DNA of 64,000 nucleotides from a virus: IMG/VR virus record IMGVR_UViG_3300044609_000595, positions 46,320 to 110,319 of that record; one strand, given 5' to 3'. Positions 8,821 to 18,214 of the stretch are shown here, piece after piece. Every line of letters begins with the position of its first letter. Position 1 is the first letter of the stretch. The translations under genes were made by a program, and so were the position numbers. The notes below the pieces were generated by a model that saw nothing but the letters and a program-made list of their open reading frames with translations, was not told the DNA's origin and made no database searches.

Positions 8821-9525
8821 GTGGCAAAGAACGATTCAATAGCTCAATTTATCAGCGTCATATCTCGTGGCGGTGGTATGTCCATGACAAATGGTTATGA
8901 CGTTGAGTTTGAACTGCCTTCTGAATTAGCACAAACAATTAGCAGCACGGTTAAAATTAATCCAAACACAAAAAATACTACTGAGCTTGGGTATTTAATT
9001 AGTTTACTGTGCGACGAAGCACAGCTTCCAAATATTCAAGCAGCAACTGCACAAATAACTGGAGTGCATATGGGAGAAGGCCAAGTTAGTTATCCCCACA
9101 CAAAACTATACAGTGACTTTAGTTTGAGCTGGATGTGCGATGCTAACATGACTCCATTAAAGTTTATTACCACTTGGCATAATTTCATTTTCAATGGATT
9201 ATCTACAGAGGAAATAAAAACTTTATCAAAAAATAAATTGAGCACTGTCAAAACTGTTAACCCAAATTTAATTAATAGAGCAGTTCGTTTACAATATCCA
9301 GAAAAATATTTGGCTACAGTTAGAGTAACCAAAACTGAAAAGGGAGCTAATGCTCCAAATAGTAGAGCACCAATTTCATATATCATGGAAGAATGTTATC
9401 CATATGCTATTGATGCAGTTCCTTTATCGTATGGCACTTCACAGATAACTAAAGTGACTGCTAATTTTTATTATAGAAAGCATACTGTGGCTTATAATGA
9501 TATCACCAATGGATATAAGGGATAA
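8821..9525 (+). CDS. Tail tube initiator / gp54-gp19-like protein (GTG start)
   Basis: LLCDEAQLP, PH.K.YSD.SLSW.CD, QYPE.Y, YPYAIDAVPLSYG.SQITKVTANF.Y; lies just before gp26. Confidence 0.75.
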   Translation: MAKNDSIAQFISVISRGGGMSMTNGYDVEFELPSELAQTISSTVKINPNTKNTTELGYLISLLCDEAQLPNIQAATAQITGVHMGEGQVSYPHTKLYSDFSLSWMCDANMTPLKFITTWHNFIFNGLSTEEIKTLSKNKLSTVKTVNPNLINRAVRLQYPEKYLATVRVTKTEKGANAPNSRAPISYIMEECYPYAIDAVPLSYGTSQITKVTANFYYRKHTVAYNDITNGYKG

Positions 9526-9553
9526 ATAATTACACGAATTGATTTAAAGATAC

Positions 9554-10267
9554 ATGGCATTACCTAAGCTTGGTGTACCTACATTTGAATTAGAATTACC
9601 CTCAACTAAAAAAGTTATTAAGTATAGACCTTTCATTGTTAAGGAAGAAAAGGTTTTATTGATTGCACTAGAATCGGAAGACGAAGATCAAATTTTTGCA
9701 GCGGTAAAAGATTTGATTAAAAATTGTGTGATTAGTAGAATCAAAGTAGATGATCTTCCTGCATTTGATTTGGAATATATTTTCTTGAGAATTCGTGCAG
9801 CAGCAGTAGGCGAAATTATTGATATGAATGTGACATGCACAGATGACAATGCCACTAGAGTTCAAACTCAAATTAATATTAATGATGTAGAAGTATACTT
9901 CCCAGAAGGTCATACCAATAAGGTCATGCTTACTGACAACTTGGGTATTGTTATGAAGTATCCTGGTATGCAACGTTTTATTGAAGCAGAATTTTTAGAA
10001 AAAGATATCAAGACAGAAGAAGTATTTAATTTCATTGCTGATTCTATTGAACAAATTTTTGATGCTGAAGAAGTTTATGATTCTTCTACCACATCCAAGA
10101 AAGAATTTCGAGAGTTTGTTGAAGGGTTAACAACAAAACAGTTTGAAGAAATTCAAAAATTTTATGAGACTATGCCCAAACTTCAACATAAATTTAAAGT
10201 AGTTAATCCAAATACTGGTGTCGAATCTGAGTACACTATTGAGGGTCTACAGAATTTTTTCGCATAG
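9554..10267 (+). CDS. gp26: Baseplate hub / tail assembly protein annotated gp26 in cyanophages
   Basis: MALPKL..PT.ELELPST...IKYRPF.VKEEK.LL.A.ES, FD.EYIFL.IRA..VGE, MKYP, MPKL.H...V.NP.TG, EGL..FF. Confidence 0.88.
   Translation: MALPKLGVPTFELELPSTKKVIKYRPFIVKEEKVLLIALESEDEDQIFAAVKDLIKNCVISRIKVDDLPAFDLEYIFLRIRAAAVGEIIDMNVTCTDDNATRVQTQININDVEVYFPEGHTNKVMLTDNLGIVMKYPGMQRFIEAEFLEKDIKTEEVFNFIADSIEQIFDAEEVYDSSTTSKKEFREFVEGLTTKQFEEIQKFYETMPKLQHKFKVVNPNTGVESEYTIEGLQNFFA
10255..10261 (+). other. Candidate -1 ribosomal frameshift heptamer T TTT TTC fusing gp26 to gp51
   Basis: X XXY YYZ heptamer one sense codon before the gp26 stop; the -1 frame is open from here through gp51. Confidence 0.6.
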
Positions 10268-10284
10268 CACTCTTCCAAAATAGT

Positions 10285-10446
10285 ATGGAAGGGTACTATA
10301 AAACAAATTTTGCTTTGATGCAGTATCATAAATACTCTTTGACTGAGATTGAAAATTTGATGCCGTGGGAAAGAGAAGTATATACTTCTTTATTGATGCA
10401 GTATATTCAGGAAGAAAAAGCAAAACAAGAAGCAGCTAATCGATGA
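10285..10446 (+). CDS. gp51: gp51-like baseplate hub assembly protein (53 aa; missed by the ORF track)
   Basis: MEGYYKTNFALMQYHKYSLTEIENLMPWEREVYTSLLMQYIQEE; ATGA overlap with the next gene. Confidence 0.85.
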   Translation: MEGYYKTNFALMQYHKYSLTEIENLMPWEREVYTSLLMQYIQEEKAKQEAANR

Positions 10447-13400
10447 TACCCGAAAAGGCGATAAAACCAATAAGAAAAAACGGCAGAGATAATACAGAAA
10501 TTGCTGTTGGAACTCTTATTGCTTATAGAGTTTTTCCACACACACAAGAAGGTATTCAAAAAGCAAAGGATACTATTGCTGCCAATGATAATTGGCTAGT
10601 TCCTTCATTGCTACCAGAATATTATGATGGTATTGATAGTGACTTGATGGTTGGCAAAGAGAATGATGCTATACGAGCGATCACTAGACAGTTAAAAGAA
10701 TTTTATGGTATATCTTCTGCTGGAACTGAAACTGCTGAAGATACTAAAACTCCAATAGAACCAGAACCAGTTGAGGAAATTAAAAAACCGCAGCAACGAA
10801 ATGTAAATCATCCTAAATTATATCCAGAACTACAAAAGTTTATTAAACCTCGCTATATGTGGGGTCAGAGAGGATTATATGATTTAAATTTTAAATCTGA
10901 TATTGATAAAGCAATTTATTATGCTGGGGCATCAAGTAAAAATAAACAGGGGGATATGATTTCCCCAAATGAAAAAAAATTAGCTATTAGAGAATGGATA
11001 TTTGCCGTTACTGGTTTAAATTATCGTGATGATTATGATGAATTAAAAGAATACAGAAAGAGAATTCTTGAGTATATTGTTACTGGTCTAAGAACAGATA
11101 CAATAGAAGATGATGGTGGGGAATTGATTATTCCACCAATCTATGATGGTCCATTTGATGAACCAAATCAAGAAGAAGACTATGATGAAGAGGAAGAAGA
11201 TGAAGAAGAACCAGAAGGTTTAGATGATCTACTTGATTTTGTTAAAGTAGAAGAAGAGCTACCTGAAGAAAAAGAAGTAGCAGAAAATATTGAAGAACAA
11301 ATTGTTGATGCTATAGAAGCGGATGATGATGAAGAAGGTGATATAGGATCGGAAGATGACATCCCAGATGAACTATTGCAGGATGAATTAGATCCAGAAT
11401 TTGTAGAGCAACTTGTTGTTACGGTAAACAAAAGAAAAAATAAACCAAGAAAACCAAGAACAGGAAGTTATGTAACTAACACTAAAATTTTTAAATTTTT
11501 AACCACAAATCTTTATAAAATTCAAGGTCAACTTGATAGTATTGATAAGTCATTACAGGAGCAAACACAATTAGTTCAAGCTAATTTACAAGTTACTTCT
11601 GGAATATATGAAAATTTAGATATACAAAATGAAATCATTGGTCAGAAACTAGATGCTATACTACAAGTTTTTAACAAGCAAACTGAAATATCTAAACAAT
11701 TTGCGGAGGATGAAGAGCGTCGATTAGCAGAACAAAGATTAGAAAATCAAGTTGATATTGCTGGAACAGAAACACCAGCAGATCTCAGAGGAAAGGGAGC
11801 AACTGGTAAAAAAAGACAGTCGAAAATTTCACAATACTATAGAAGAAAATTACTTAGACAAGCATATAGAAAATTACCAAAAAAACTTAGATCATTAAGA
11901 ACTGAAACAAGAAGACTACAAAAAATTCCTGGTAAAATTTCTGCAGGAATTAAATCTTCTGCTGCCAATAGAATTACTCGTATACTCCCTAAAAAAGTAT
12001 CAAACTTTACTAATAATTTGAGAGCATCTAGAGCAGCAGCTCAGGGGATGGGTGGTGTGTCGAAGTTAAAAGGTGTTGGTAGAAACATTCCTGGAATAAG
12101 ACAAGCACTTTCTGCGTTAGAATATTCTGAAAGGAAATCGGCTGGACAATCTGAGGTTCAGGCAATTGCAGGAGTGGGTGGATCACTCGCTGGGGCAGCC
12201 GCAGGAGCCGCTCTAGGCACGATGTTATTCCCTGGGGTGGGGACGGTAGCTGGTCTGTTGATCGGGGCTGCATTCAGCGCCGCAGGCAGTATGGCGGGGT
12301 CTAAAATTGCAGACATATCAACTGGAGCAGATAAAATAAATGGGGAGCATGAAGTTGGCGGACTAACCAAACCAGGAACAGCTATACTTCATGGCACAGA
12401 AGCAATCGTGGATCAAAATATTGCTAATATGCAACCAGTAGATCCAGTTGGTGGAACTATTCTTGCTGCAACAACTCAATACATTAATAAACTTGGACCA
12501 ATTGGTGCTCCTATTGCTCCTATGTTTGAGCAAGTAGCTGCTCCATTAGCAAAAGTATATGATGTACCAAGTACTTTGGTGCAAGCTAATGTGGGTGGTT
12601 CTTTACCATCACTTCAGTCTACTATAAAAAAAGTTAGAGATAAAAAAAAGAAAACTCCCGAAGAAAAGTTGGGAGCAATCGAAAAAGATCTTTTAGAAAC
12701 TAAAGATCCAGAGTCTTTTGCTGATAAACTTTTGAAGATGCTTGATCCAGAAGGAAAGTTCCAACAATTACTTAAAAATATAAATGCTACTACCACACCA
12801 ACAATAGATGGCGATTCTCTTATGGCTGAAGGTGGTTACGCAGTGGAAGCATCCGATGTAGGAGATAAATTTGGTGACAGAGGAGGAAAACATAGAGGTA
12901 TTGATATTGCAAGCAGTAGATTTACAATGGGTACACCTATCTCAATTATCAAACCAGGAACTGTAGTTGATGTTGGGAGACTTTCACAAGGATCTGGTGA
13001 TCCAGGTGGATGGGGAAATTTTGTAGTTGTTAAACATGATGATGGATTATATTCTTTGTATGGTCACTTAAGTGAAATTAATGCCGCAAAAGGACAAAGA
13101 TTGGAACCATCATCTGCTGGAGTCTTTCCAGTAATTGGTAAAATAGGAAGCACTGGAAGATCTACTGGAGCACATTTGCATTTGGAAGTTGGTACAGGAT
13201 GGTCTGGAGGAGTTTTAACTGGGCATATGAATCCTTTACCTATTGTTAATCAATTATTACGTGGTGGAGGAAATGTTAAAAAAATTGATAGACCAACGGG
13301 AACTCCAGTAAAAGTAGAAGGTCTTGGTCAACAAGGAATTATGGGAAATAAAAATCTTGGACAGGTTTCTGGTGTTGGTAATAAAGGATATTTGATTGTC

Positions 13401-14153
13401 CCTGGACATGGAGCAGGTGGTGGTGCTCCAGAAGAAAAACGTTTAGTGCAAATGTTAGCACAAAATGCGTACACAAATTTAAAAGCAAAGCATCCAAATG
13501 CAAATATTCAATATGTAAATCCAGATACTATGTTTGGTGATGATGATGCTGGCTGGAACAAGCAAAAAGAATGGTATAAACAAAAAGAAAAAGAAGGTTG
13601 GGAAATTTTAGAAGTGCATATGGATGCTTCAATGGAATCCAAACAAGGTAAAGGAAGAGGTGTAATTACTTCTAAAGCAGAATTAAACCCAGTTGAAAAA
13701 TATTTTGGTGAAAATTATGGAGCATTTGATAGAGGATTTAGAGATCTTGCTCTTCCTAATAGAGGAGGAAGTATTTTTGAATTGGGTAATATGTCTCCTG
13801 AATTACAACAATTAGTTAAATCTGGGAAAGTATCTAAAGAACAATTGAATGCTTTAACTGCGCCATTTGAAAGTTCTATTGCTGCTGGATTAAACTTACA
13901 ACAATCAATAGCTCCACCAACTCAAAGGCAGCCAGCTCAATCTAAGTATTACTTGAGACAAGGTGCAGATAAAAAAACAGATACTCAAATTATTATGATA
14001 CCCGCTAGTAGTAATGCAGGCAAGGCACTTGAAAAGAATGCAACTACAGAAGGTGTTAGGTTTAGTTATAATAAAAATTATAATACGTTCGACACTTCGG
14101 AAATACCTTCTTCCACAAGGGCACTTGTGCTGCGTCGTTTAGGTCTTAACTAA
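10443..14153 (+). CDS. Tape-measure-like tail protein with M23 peptidase and amidase_3-like domains
   Basis: Coiled coil plus Gly/Ala hydrophobic segment; M23 motifs HRGID, YGHL, GSTGRSTGAHLHLE; amidase-like LIVPGHG...E, EVHMDA, IFELGNM. Confidence 0.75.
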   Translation: MIPEKAIKPIRKNGRDNTEIAVGTLIAYRVFPHTQEGIQKAKDTIAANDNWLVPSLLPEYYDGIDSDLMVGKENDAIRAITRQLKEFYGISSAGTETAEDTKTPIEPEPVEEIKKPQQRNVNHPKLYPELQKFIKPRYMWGQRGLYDLNFKSDIDKAIYYAGASSKNKQGDMISPNEKKLAIREWIFAVTGLNYRDDYDELKEYRKRILEYIVTGLRTDTIEDDGGELIIPPIYDGPFDEPNQEEDYDEEEEDEEEPEGLDDLLDFVKVEEELPEEKEVAENIEEQIVDAIEADDDEEGDIGSEDDIPDELLQDELDPEFVEQLVVTVNKRKNKPRKPRTGSYVTNTKIFKFLTTNLYKIQGQLDSIDKSLQEQTQLVQANLQVTSGIYENLDIQNEIIGQKLDAILQVFNKQTEISKQFAEDEERRLAEQRLENQVDIAGTETPADLRGKGATGKKRQSKISQYYRRKLLRQAYRKLPKKLRSLRTETRRLQKIPGKISAGIKSSAANRITRILPKKVSNFTNNLRASRAAAQGMGGVSKLKGVGRNIPGIRQALSALEYSERKSAGQSEVQAIAGVGGSLAGAAAGAALGTMLFPGVGTVAGLLIGAAFSAAGSMAGSKIADISTGADKINGEHEVGGLTKPGTAILHGTEAIVDQNIANMQPVDPVGGTILAATTQYINKLGPIGAPIAPMFEQVAAPLAKVYDVPSTLVQANVGGSLPSLQSTIKKVRDKKKKTPEEKLGAIEKDLLETKDPESFADKLLKMLDPEGKFQQLLKNINATTTPTIDGDSLMAEGGYAVEASDVGDKFGDRGGKHRGIDIASSRFTMGTPISIIKPGTVVDVGRLSQGSGDPGGWGNFVVVKHDDGLYSLYGHLSEINAAKGQRLEPSSAGVFPVIGKIGSTGRSTGAHLHLEVGTGWSGGVLTGHMNPLPIVNQLLRGGGNVKKIDRPTGTPVKVEGLGQQGIMGNKNLGQVSGVGNKGYLIVPGHGAGGGAPEEKRLVQMLAQNAYTNLKAKHPNANIQYVNPDTMFGDDDAGWNKQKEWYKQKEKEGWEILEVHMDASMESKQGKGRGVITSKAELNPVEKYFGENYGAFDRGFRDLALPNRGGSIFELGNMSPELQQLVKSGKVSKEQLNALTAPFESSIAAGLNLQQSIAPPTQRQPAQSKYYLRQGADKKTDTQIIMIPASSNAGKALEKNATTEGVRFSYNKNYNTFDTSEIPSSTRALVLRRLGLN

Positions 14154-14177
14154 ATATCAACATAGGAAAGTAATCTA

Positions 14178-16757
14178 ATGGCAGCAGGAACAGAAACAGC
14201 TATAGATACTAGGCAATATAATGGAACCAATTATGTTGGTAACATTGTAGAGAAAATTTTATTAGCTAGACAGTTAGCTAAAAACGAAAGACAATTTGCT
14301 GCTAAACAAGCAGAGCAAGCGGGCACATCATTAGAAGAAGCTGGTATTAAAAGGGGGCACTTTTTCAGAAGAGCTTTAGCAGGACAATTTGGTGGTAATT
14401 ATATTGATAAGAAGAAAGAACAACTTAAAAATGTAAATAAAAAATATAAAATAGCAAAACGTATAGGTAAAAATCCAAGATCAACTTTAAAATTTATTAA
14501 ACCTTTACTAGGAAGGAAGGTATCGTCAGCTCAAACAAAAATGTTTAGAGCAAAATTTGATTATGGTTATCAGGATAATATTAATAGACCTACACCCCAG
14601 AGTCCAATCGTTGGATCTAGAGTAAAGAAGATACAAAAAGCGACTGGTGGCAGAAGTAAAAGAGTTAGTAAAGAAGAGATACTATCTACTCTAACTGATA
14701 TTGTAGATTCTCTAAACAAGACAGCAGAATCTATTGGGAAAACTACAGCGGGAATTTCTGCTGGAATTGTTAGTGCTGCTAAAGCGCAAGTAGAATTAGT
14801 AGAACAATTAAAATTAAGAAATACAACGTTAGAAGATAAGCTTGATCAAATTGCTACTGCTATTTCAAATCAAACACAATCACAAAAACGTACAGTAGCA
14901 AAGATTACTGCTAAAAAACAAGAAGATAAATTAGAAGCAATTAAAGATATTGCTAAGACAGAAGTTCCTGATGACACTCAAACGGAGATTAATGAAACAA
15001 TATTATCTCAATTATCAGAAAATGTTGAGCCAACTACTAATATTATCAATGCTCCAACAATAGAAAGACCTGCTGGTGGGTATCCTTCTTTCTCTAGCAT
15101 AGCAAAGCCAGGAATGGATATACCACAAGCAGAAACTGGTGGTATTATTTCTGGTCCCGACAGTGGCTATCTTGCCAAGCTTCATGGCAATGAAATGGTA
15201 ATCCCCCTTGACAATAATTATACACAGGGAGAACCTAGTGCTATGGATGGCAAGGTAAGACCTAAGCCAAAGAAATTACCTACTTACGAAAAAGGTACAC
15301 CGAAGTCTTCTGTTGGAGGACGATTTGGATTTGGTATTACTAATATGACAGGAATTGCTTCTGGTGGAACAACGCAATCATCAGCAATGGCACAACCATT
15401 AGTAGATGCTATGTCACTACCAATGATGGCTGCTGGCGGTTCTATTTTAGCTGCTGTTTCTAGACTCACTAGTAGCCTAGGAAGCGAAGGAGAAAATATT
15501 GCTCCAGAGATAGAAAAAATATCAAGACCAATAGCAGATGTATTTGGACTGCCTCAATCAATTGTAAACAAAACTAAACCAAGTGTCACTGGTAAGCCAG
15601 GTGAAGGAAAAGATACTGAAGAAGATGGAGAATCTAAAAAAGATTTGCTAGCTAAAATGATGGATGGTTTTGGTTCATTCCTTAATAAACTTGGCGAAAG
15701 TATTAATACCACACCACCTCCACCACCAGGAGGAACAGCACAACCAGCAGATATTACTGGAAATGAAAAAGAATTATTAAAAAGATTGATGATTGCCGAA
15801 GCTGGTGGTGAAGGAATAGAAGGTATGGCTATGGTTGGTCAATCCGTTTTAAATAGAGCTTCTCTTATTCAATCTGGAACTGTTGGTGCAGGACAATTTA
15901 ATGCCGCCAGTGGTAGTGTAACTGATGTTATTCAAGGTAAAAATCAGTATCAACCATATGCAGAAGGAAAACTTAATAGAGCTTTGTCTGCTGAAGAAAA
16001 TGCTAGAGCAGAAGAAGCTTATAATTTATTGATGAATATGCCAGAATTTAAAAAAAGAATTAAACAGGCATTTAATTTATCTGACAGACAAGTTCAATTA
16101 GGTGCTGCCTCTACTGGATTTAGAAATTATGATGCTGGTGCTGGTACTGATACATCTCAGCAAGTAAATGAATTTAGAGCAGGAAGACATACATTTAATA
16201 CTGCAGGAAACGTTGGATTGAGAACAGCATCTTCTGATGTTAAAGTTGCTCAACCAACTACTACTCAACAAACTTCGCCTGGAACTGCAACACAATTGGG
16301 TCAAGCAATCACAAATAATTATGGATTGCAAGTGGGAGAAGAAAGACAATTTACTCACCCACAATATGGCGTAATTAAAGCACATAAAACTACAAAAGGT
16401 TTTGATTTTTATAGGGGTGCTGAAAAACTTAACATGGCTCCTTCAAAACCACAAGCAAAAAGTATTGTGGAGTATTTTGAATCAACCAATGGAGGTAGAG
16501 TTACTACTGGAATCGGTCCTCAAGCATCCATTGCTCCTCCACCAGGAGCAAACAAACAAGTGCAAACAGAAGCTATCGCTCAAGAGATAGATAGTAAAGC
16601 AGGTAGTGCAAATTTTGTTGCCATGATGATGCCAGGACAAACACCTAAGATGGCATCAACTTCACTACCTTCAACTGCAGAATCTACTGCTGCATCTCCA
16701 GGCACTAATCCTATTTTAAATTCTGGTTTATTCAATTCAGATATAATGGCTACCTAA
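14178..16757 (+). CDS. Tape-measure-like tail protein with a SleB/Hydrolase_2-type cell-wall hydrolase domain
   Basis: Coiled coils; LLKRLMIAEAGGEG.EGM.MVG.SVLNR...VI...NQYQP...HTF. Confidence 0.72.
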   Translation: MAAGTETAIDTRQYNGTNYVGNIVEKILLARQLAKNERQFAAKQAEQAGTSLEEAGIKRGHFFRRALAGQFGGNYIDKKKEQLKNVNKKYKIAKRIGKNPRSTLKFIKPLLGRKVSSAQTKMFRAKFDYGYQDNINRPTPQSPIVGSRVKKIQKATGGRSKRVSKEEILSTLTDIVDSLNKTAESIGKTTAGISAGIVSAAKAQVELVEQLKLRNTTLEDKLDQIATAISNQTQSQKRTVAKITAKKQEDKLEAIKDIAKTEVPDDTQTEINETILSQLSENVEPTTNIINAPTIERPAGGYPSFSSIAKPGMDIPQAETGGIISGPDSGYLAKLHGNEMVIPLDNNYTQGEPSAMDGKVRPKPKKLPTYEKGTPKSSVGGRFGFGITNMTGIASGGTTQSSAMAQPLVDAMSLPMMAAGGSILAAVSRLTSSLGSEGENIAPEIEKISRPIADVFGLPQSIVNKTKPSVTGKPGEGKDTEEDGESKKDLLAKMMDGFGSFLNKLGESINTTPPPPPGGTAQPADITGNEKELLKRLMIAEAGGEGIEGMAMVGQSVLNRASLIQSGTVGAGQFNAASGSVTDVIQGKNQYQPYAEGKLNRALSAEENARAEEAYNLLMNMPEFKKRIKQAFNLSDRQVQLGAASTGFRNYDAGAGTDTSQQVNEFRAGRHTFNTAGNVGLRTASSDVKVAQPTTTQQTSPGTATQLGQAITNNYGLQVGEERQFTHPQYGVIKAHKTTKGFDFYRGAEKLNMAPSKPQAKSIVEYFESTNGGRVTTGIGPQASIAPPPGANKQVQTEAIAQEIDSKAGSANFVAMMMPGQTPKMASTSLPSTAESTAASPGTNPILNSGLFNSDIMAT

Positions 16758-16758
16758 T

Positions 16759-18192
16759 ATGTCAGAAAAAACACCATACGCTTCTAGTTTTATATTAAAA
16801 AAAGCAAATATAACTGATGTAAAAGGATCTAAAACAGTTGATATCACTGATTTAGTTGTCAGATTTGATTACTTCGAAAATATTTCACTGCCTACTGTGT
16901 CCGCTAAGCTAACTTTGGTTGATGCTGGAGCAAACTTGATTGCAAATTTACCTATACAAGGATTTGAAAAGGTAGATCTTGTCATCGAAGCATCAGATGA
17001 GCAGACATATCAATATAAAATGAGAGTATATAAAATTGGAAGTAGATTTACTGGCGATAGATTTCAAACTTATTCGCTAGGTTTGATTTCTGAAGAAGCA
17101 TTATTGAATGAAGGTGTTCGTGTAGCAAAAACATTAAAAGGAAAGCCAGATAAAATTGTATCAGATTTACTTAAGCAGTATTTAAAAACCAATAAAGATG
17201 TCATAGTTGATCCATCTGTCTATAATATTATCTTTAACCCAGGAAAAAAATCTCCATTTAGTATTATTGATAGCATCAAATTAAAATCTGTACCTCGTGG
17301 AGGAAATGTAGAACCAAAAACTAATAAAAATAAATCTAAATTTAATACAGGTGGCAATAAAACAGATGTAACTTCTTCTGTTCCACCAATATCAAATTCA
17401 GATTACACGAAAACAAAAGGCACTAGTGGCTATATGTTTTTCGAAAATCGTAGAGGATTTATTTTTAAATCAATTGATACATTATGTTCCGCAGACAAAT
17501 ACAATGGATCCCCTGCAGTAGCTACGTACATACAGGAAAATAATGACATTGGTGGTCCACCAAATAGAAAAATTATTGACATTGATTTTGTTGAAGAAAT
17601 TGACATTATGACAAAGTTAAGAATGGGAGCATTCTCATCGTTAATTTGTTTTTATAATTACAGCACAGGAAGATACGAAGAATATGTTTATTCTCTTGCT
17701 GATTCGTATGATAGCATGGGTCATTCTGGATCACAAAAAGGATTGCCTTATGGCCAAAAAGAATTATCTAAGTATCCCACTCGCATAATGAGTGCTCTTA
17801 TAGATCATGAAACTTGGTATGATGGTATTGATATAGCGTCACCCGAAAAAGCAGACGGTGCCAATGGTTCGACGACAAACTTTCCTGACTTTCAAAAACA
17901 TTACATGTCTCAGTCTATATCAAGAGTCAATTCTTTGGTTAATCAAAAGGTAAAAATTACCGTCACTGGAAATCCTAATTTAACAGTTGGAGATAAAATT
18001 GAAATTAAAATACCAAATCAAATTCCTTCCGCCGATAGAACTCAACAACAATATGATACGGAACATAGTGGAGTTTATTTAATTTCAGAAGTTAATCATG
18101 TCTTTATTCCTAAGGAAAAATTAACCACAACATTTTTGACATTAATTAGAGACTCATATGGTAGTCCCGATGGTACATCTAAAGTACAATAA
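16759..18192 (+). CDS. Baseplate hub protein (gp27-like)
   Basis: YFENI..PTV.A.L...D.G, FFENR.GF.FKSID.L, ITV.GN..L.VGD.I.I, SG.YLI..V.H, L.L.RDS; immediately before gp5. Confidence 0.7.
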   Translation: MSEKTPYASSFILKKANITDVKGSKTVDITDLVVRFDYFENISLPTVSAKLTLVDAGANLIANLPIQGFEKVDLVIEASDEQTYQYKMRVYKIGSRFTGDRFQTYSLGLISEEALLNEGVRVAKTLKGKPDKIVSDLLKQYLKTNKDVIVDPSVYNIIFNPGKKSPFSIIDSIKLKSVPRGGNVEPKTNKNKSKFNTGGNKTDVTSSVPPISNSDYTKTKGTSGYMFFENRRGFIFKSIDTLCSADKYNGSPAVATYIQENNDIGGPPNRKIIDIDFVEEIDIMTKLRMGAFSSLICFYNYSTGRYEEYVYSLADSYDSMGHSGSQKGLPYGQKELSKYPTRIMSALIDHETWYDGIDIASPEKADGANGSTTNFPDFQKHYMSQSISRVNSLVNQKVKITVTGNPNLTVGDKIEIKIPNQIPSADRTQQQYDTEHSGVYLISEVNHVFIPKEKLTTTFLTLIRDSYGSPDGTSKVQ

Positions 18193-18214
18193 ATAAAAAT
18201 AAAACGTGTGATAT

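Noticed and set aside
11160-11400. GAA/GAT-rich low-complexity tract with a poly-Ser antisense ORF
   Set aside because: Encodes an acidic linker on the sense strand; the antisense ORF is its mirror
12160-12310. GC-rich patch inside the 1236-aa gene with antisense ORFs
   Set aside because: Largely explained by a Gly/Ala hydrophobic segment; I found no promoter or convincing second product
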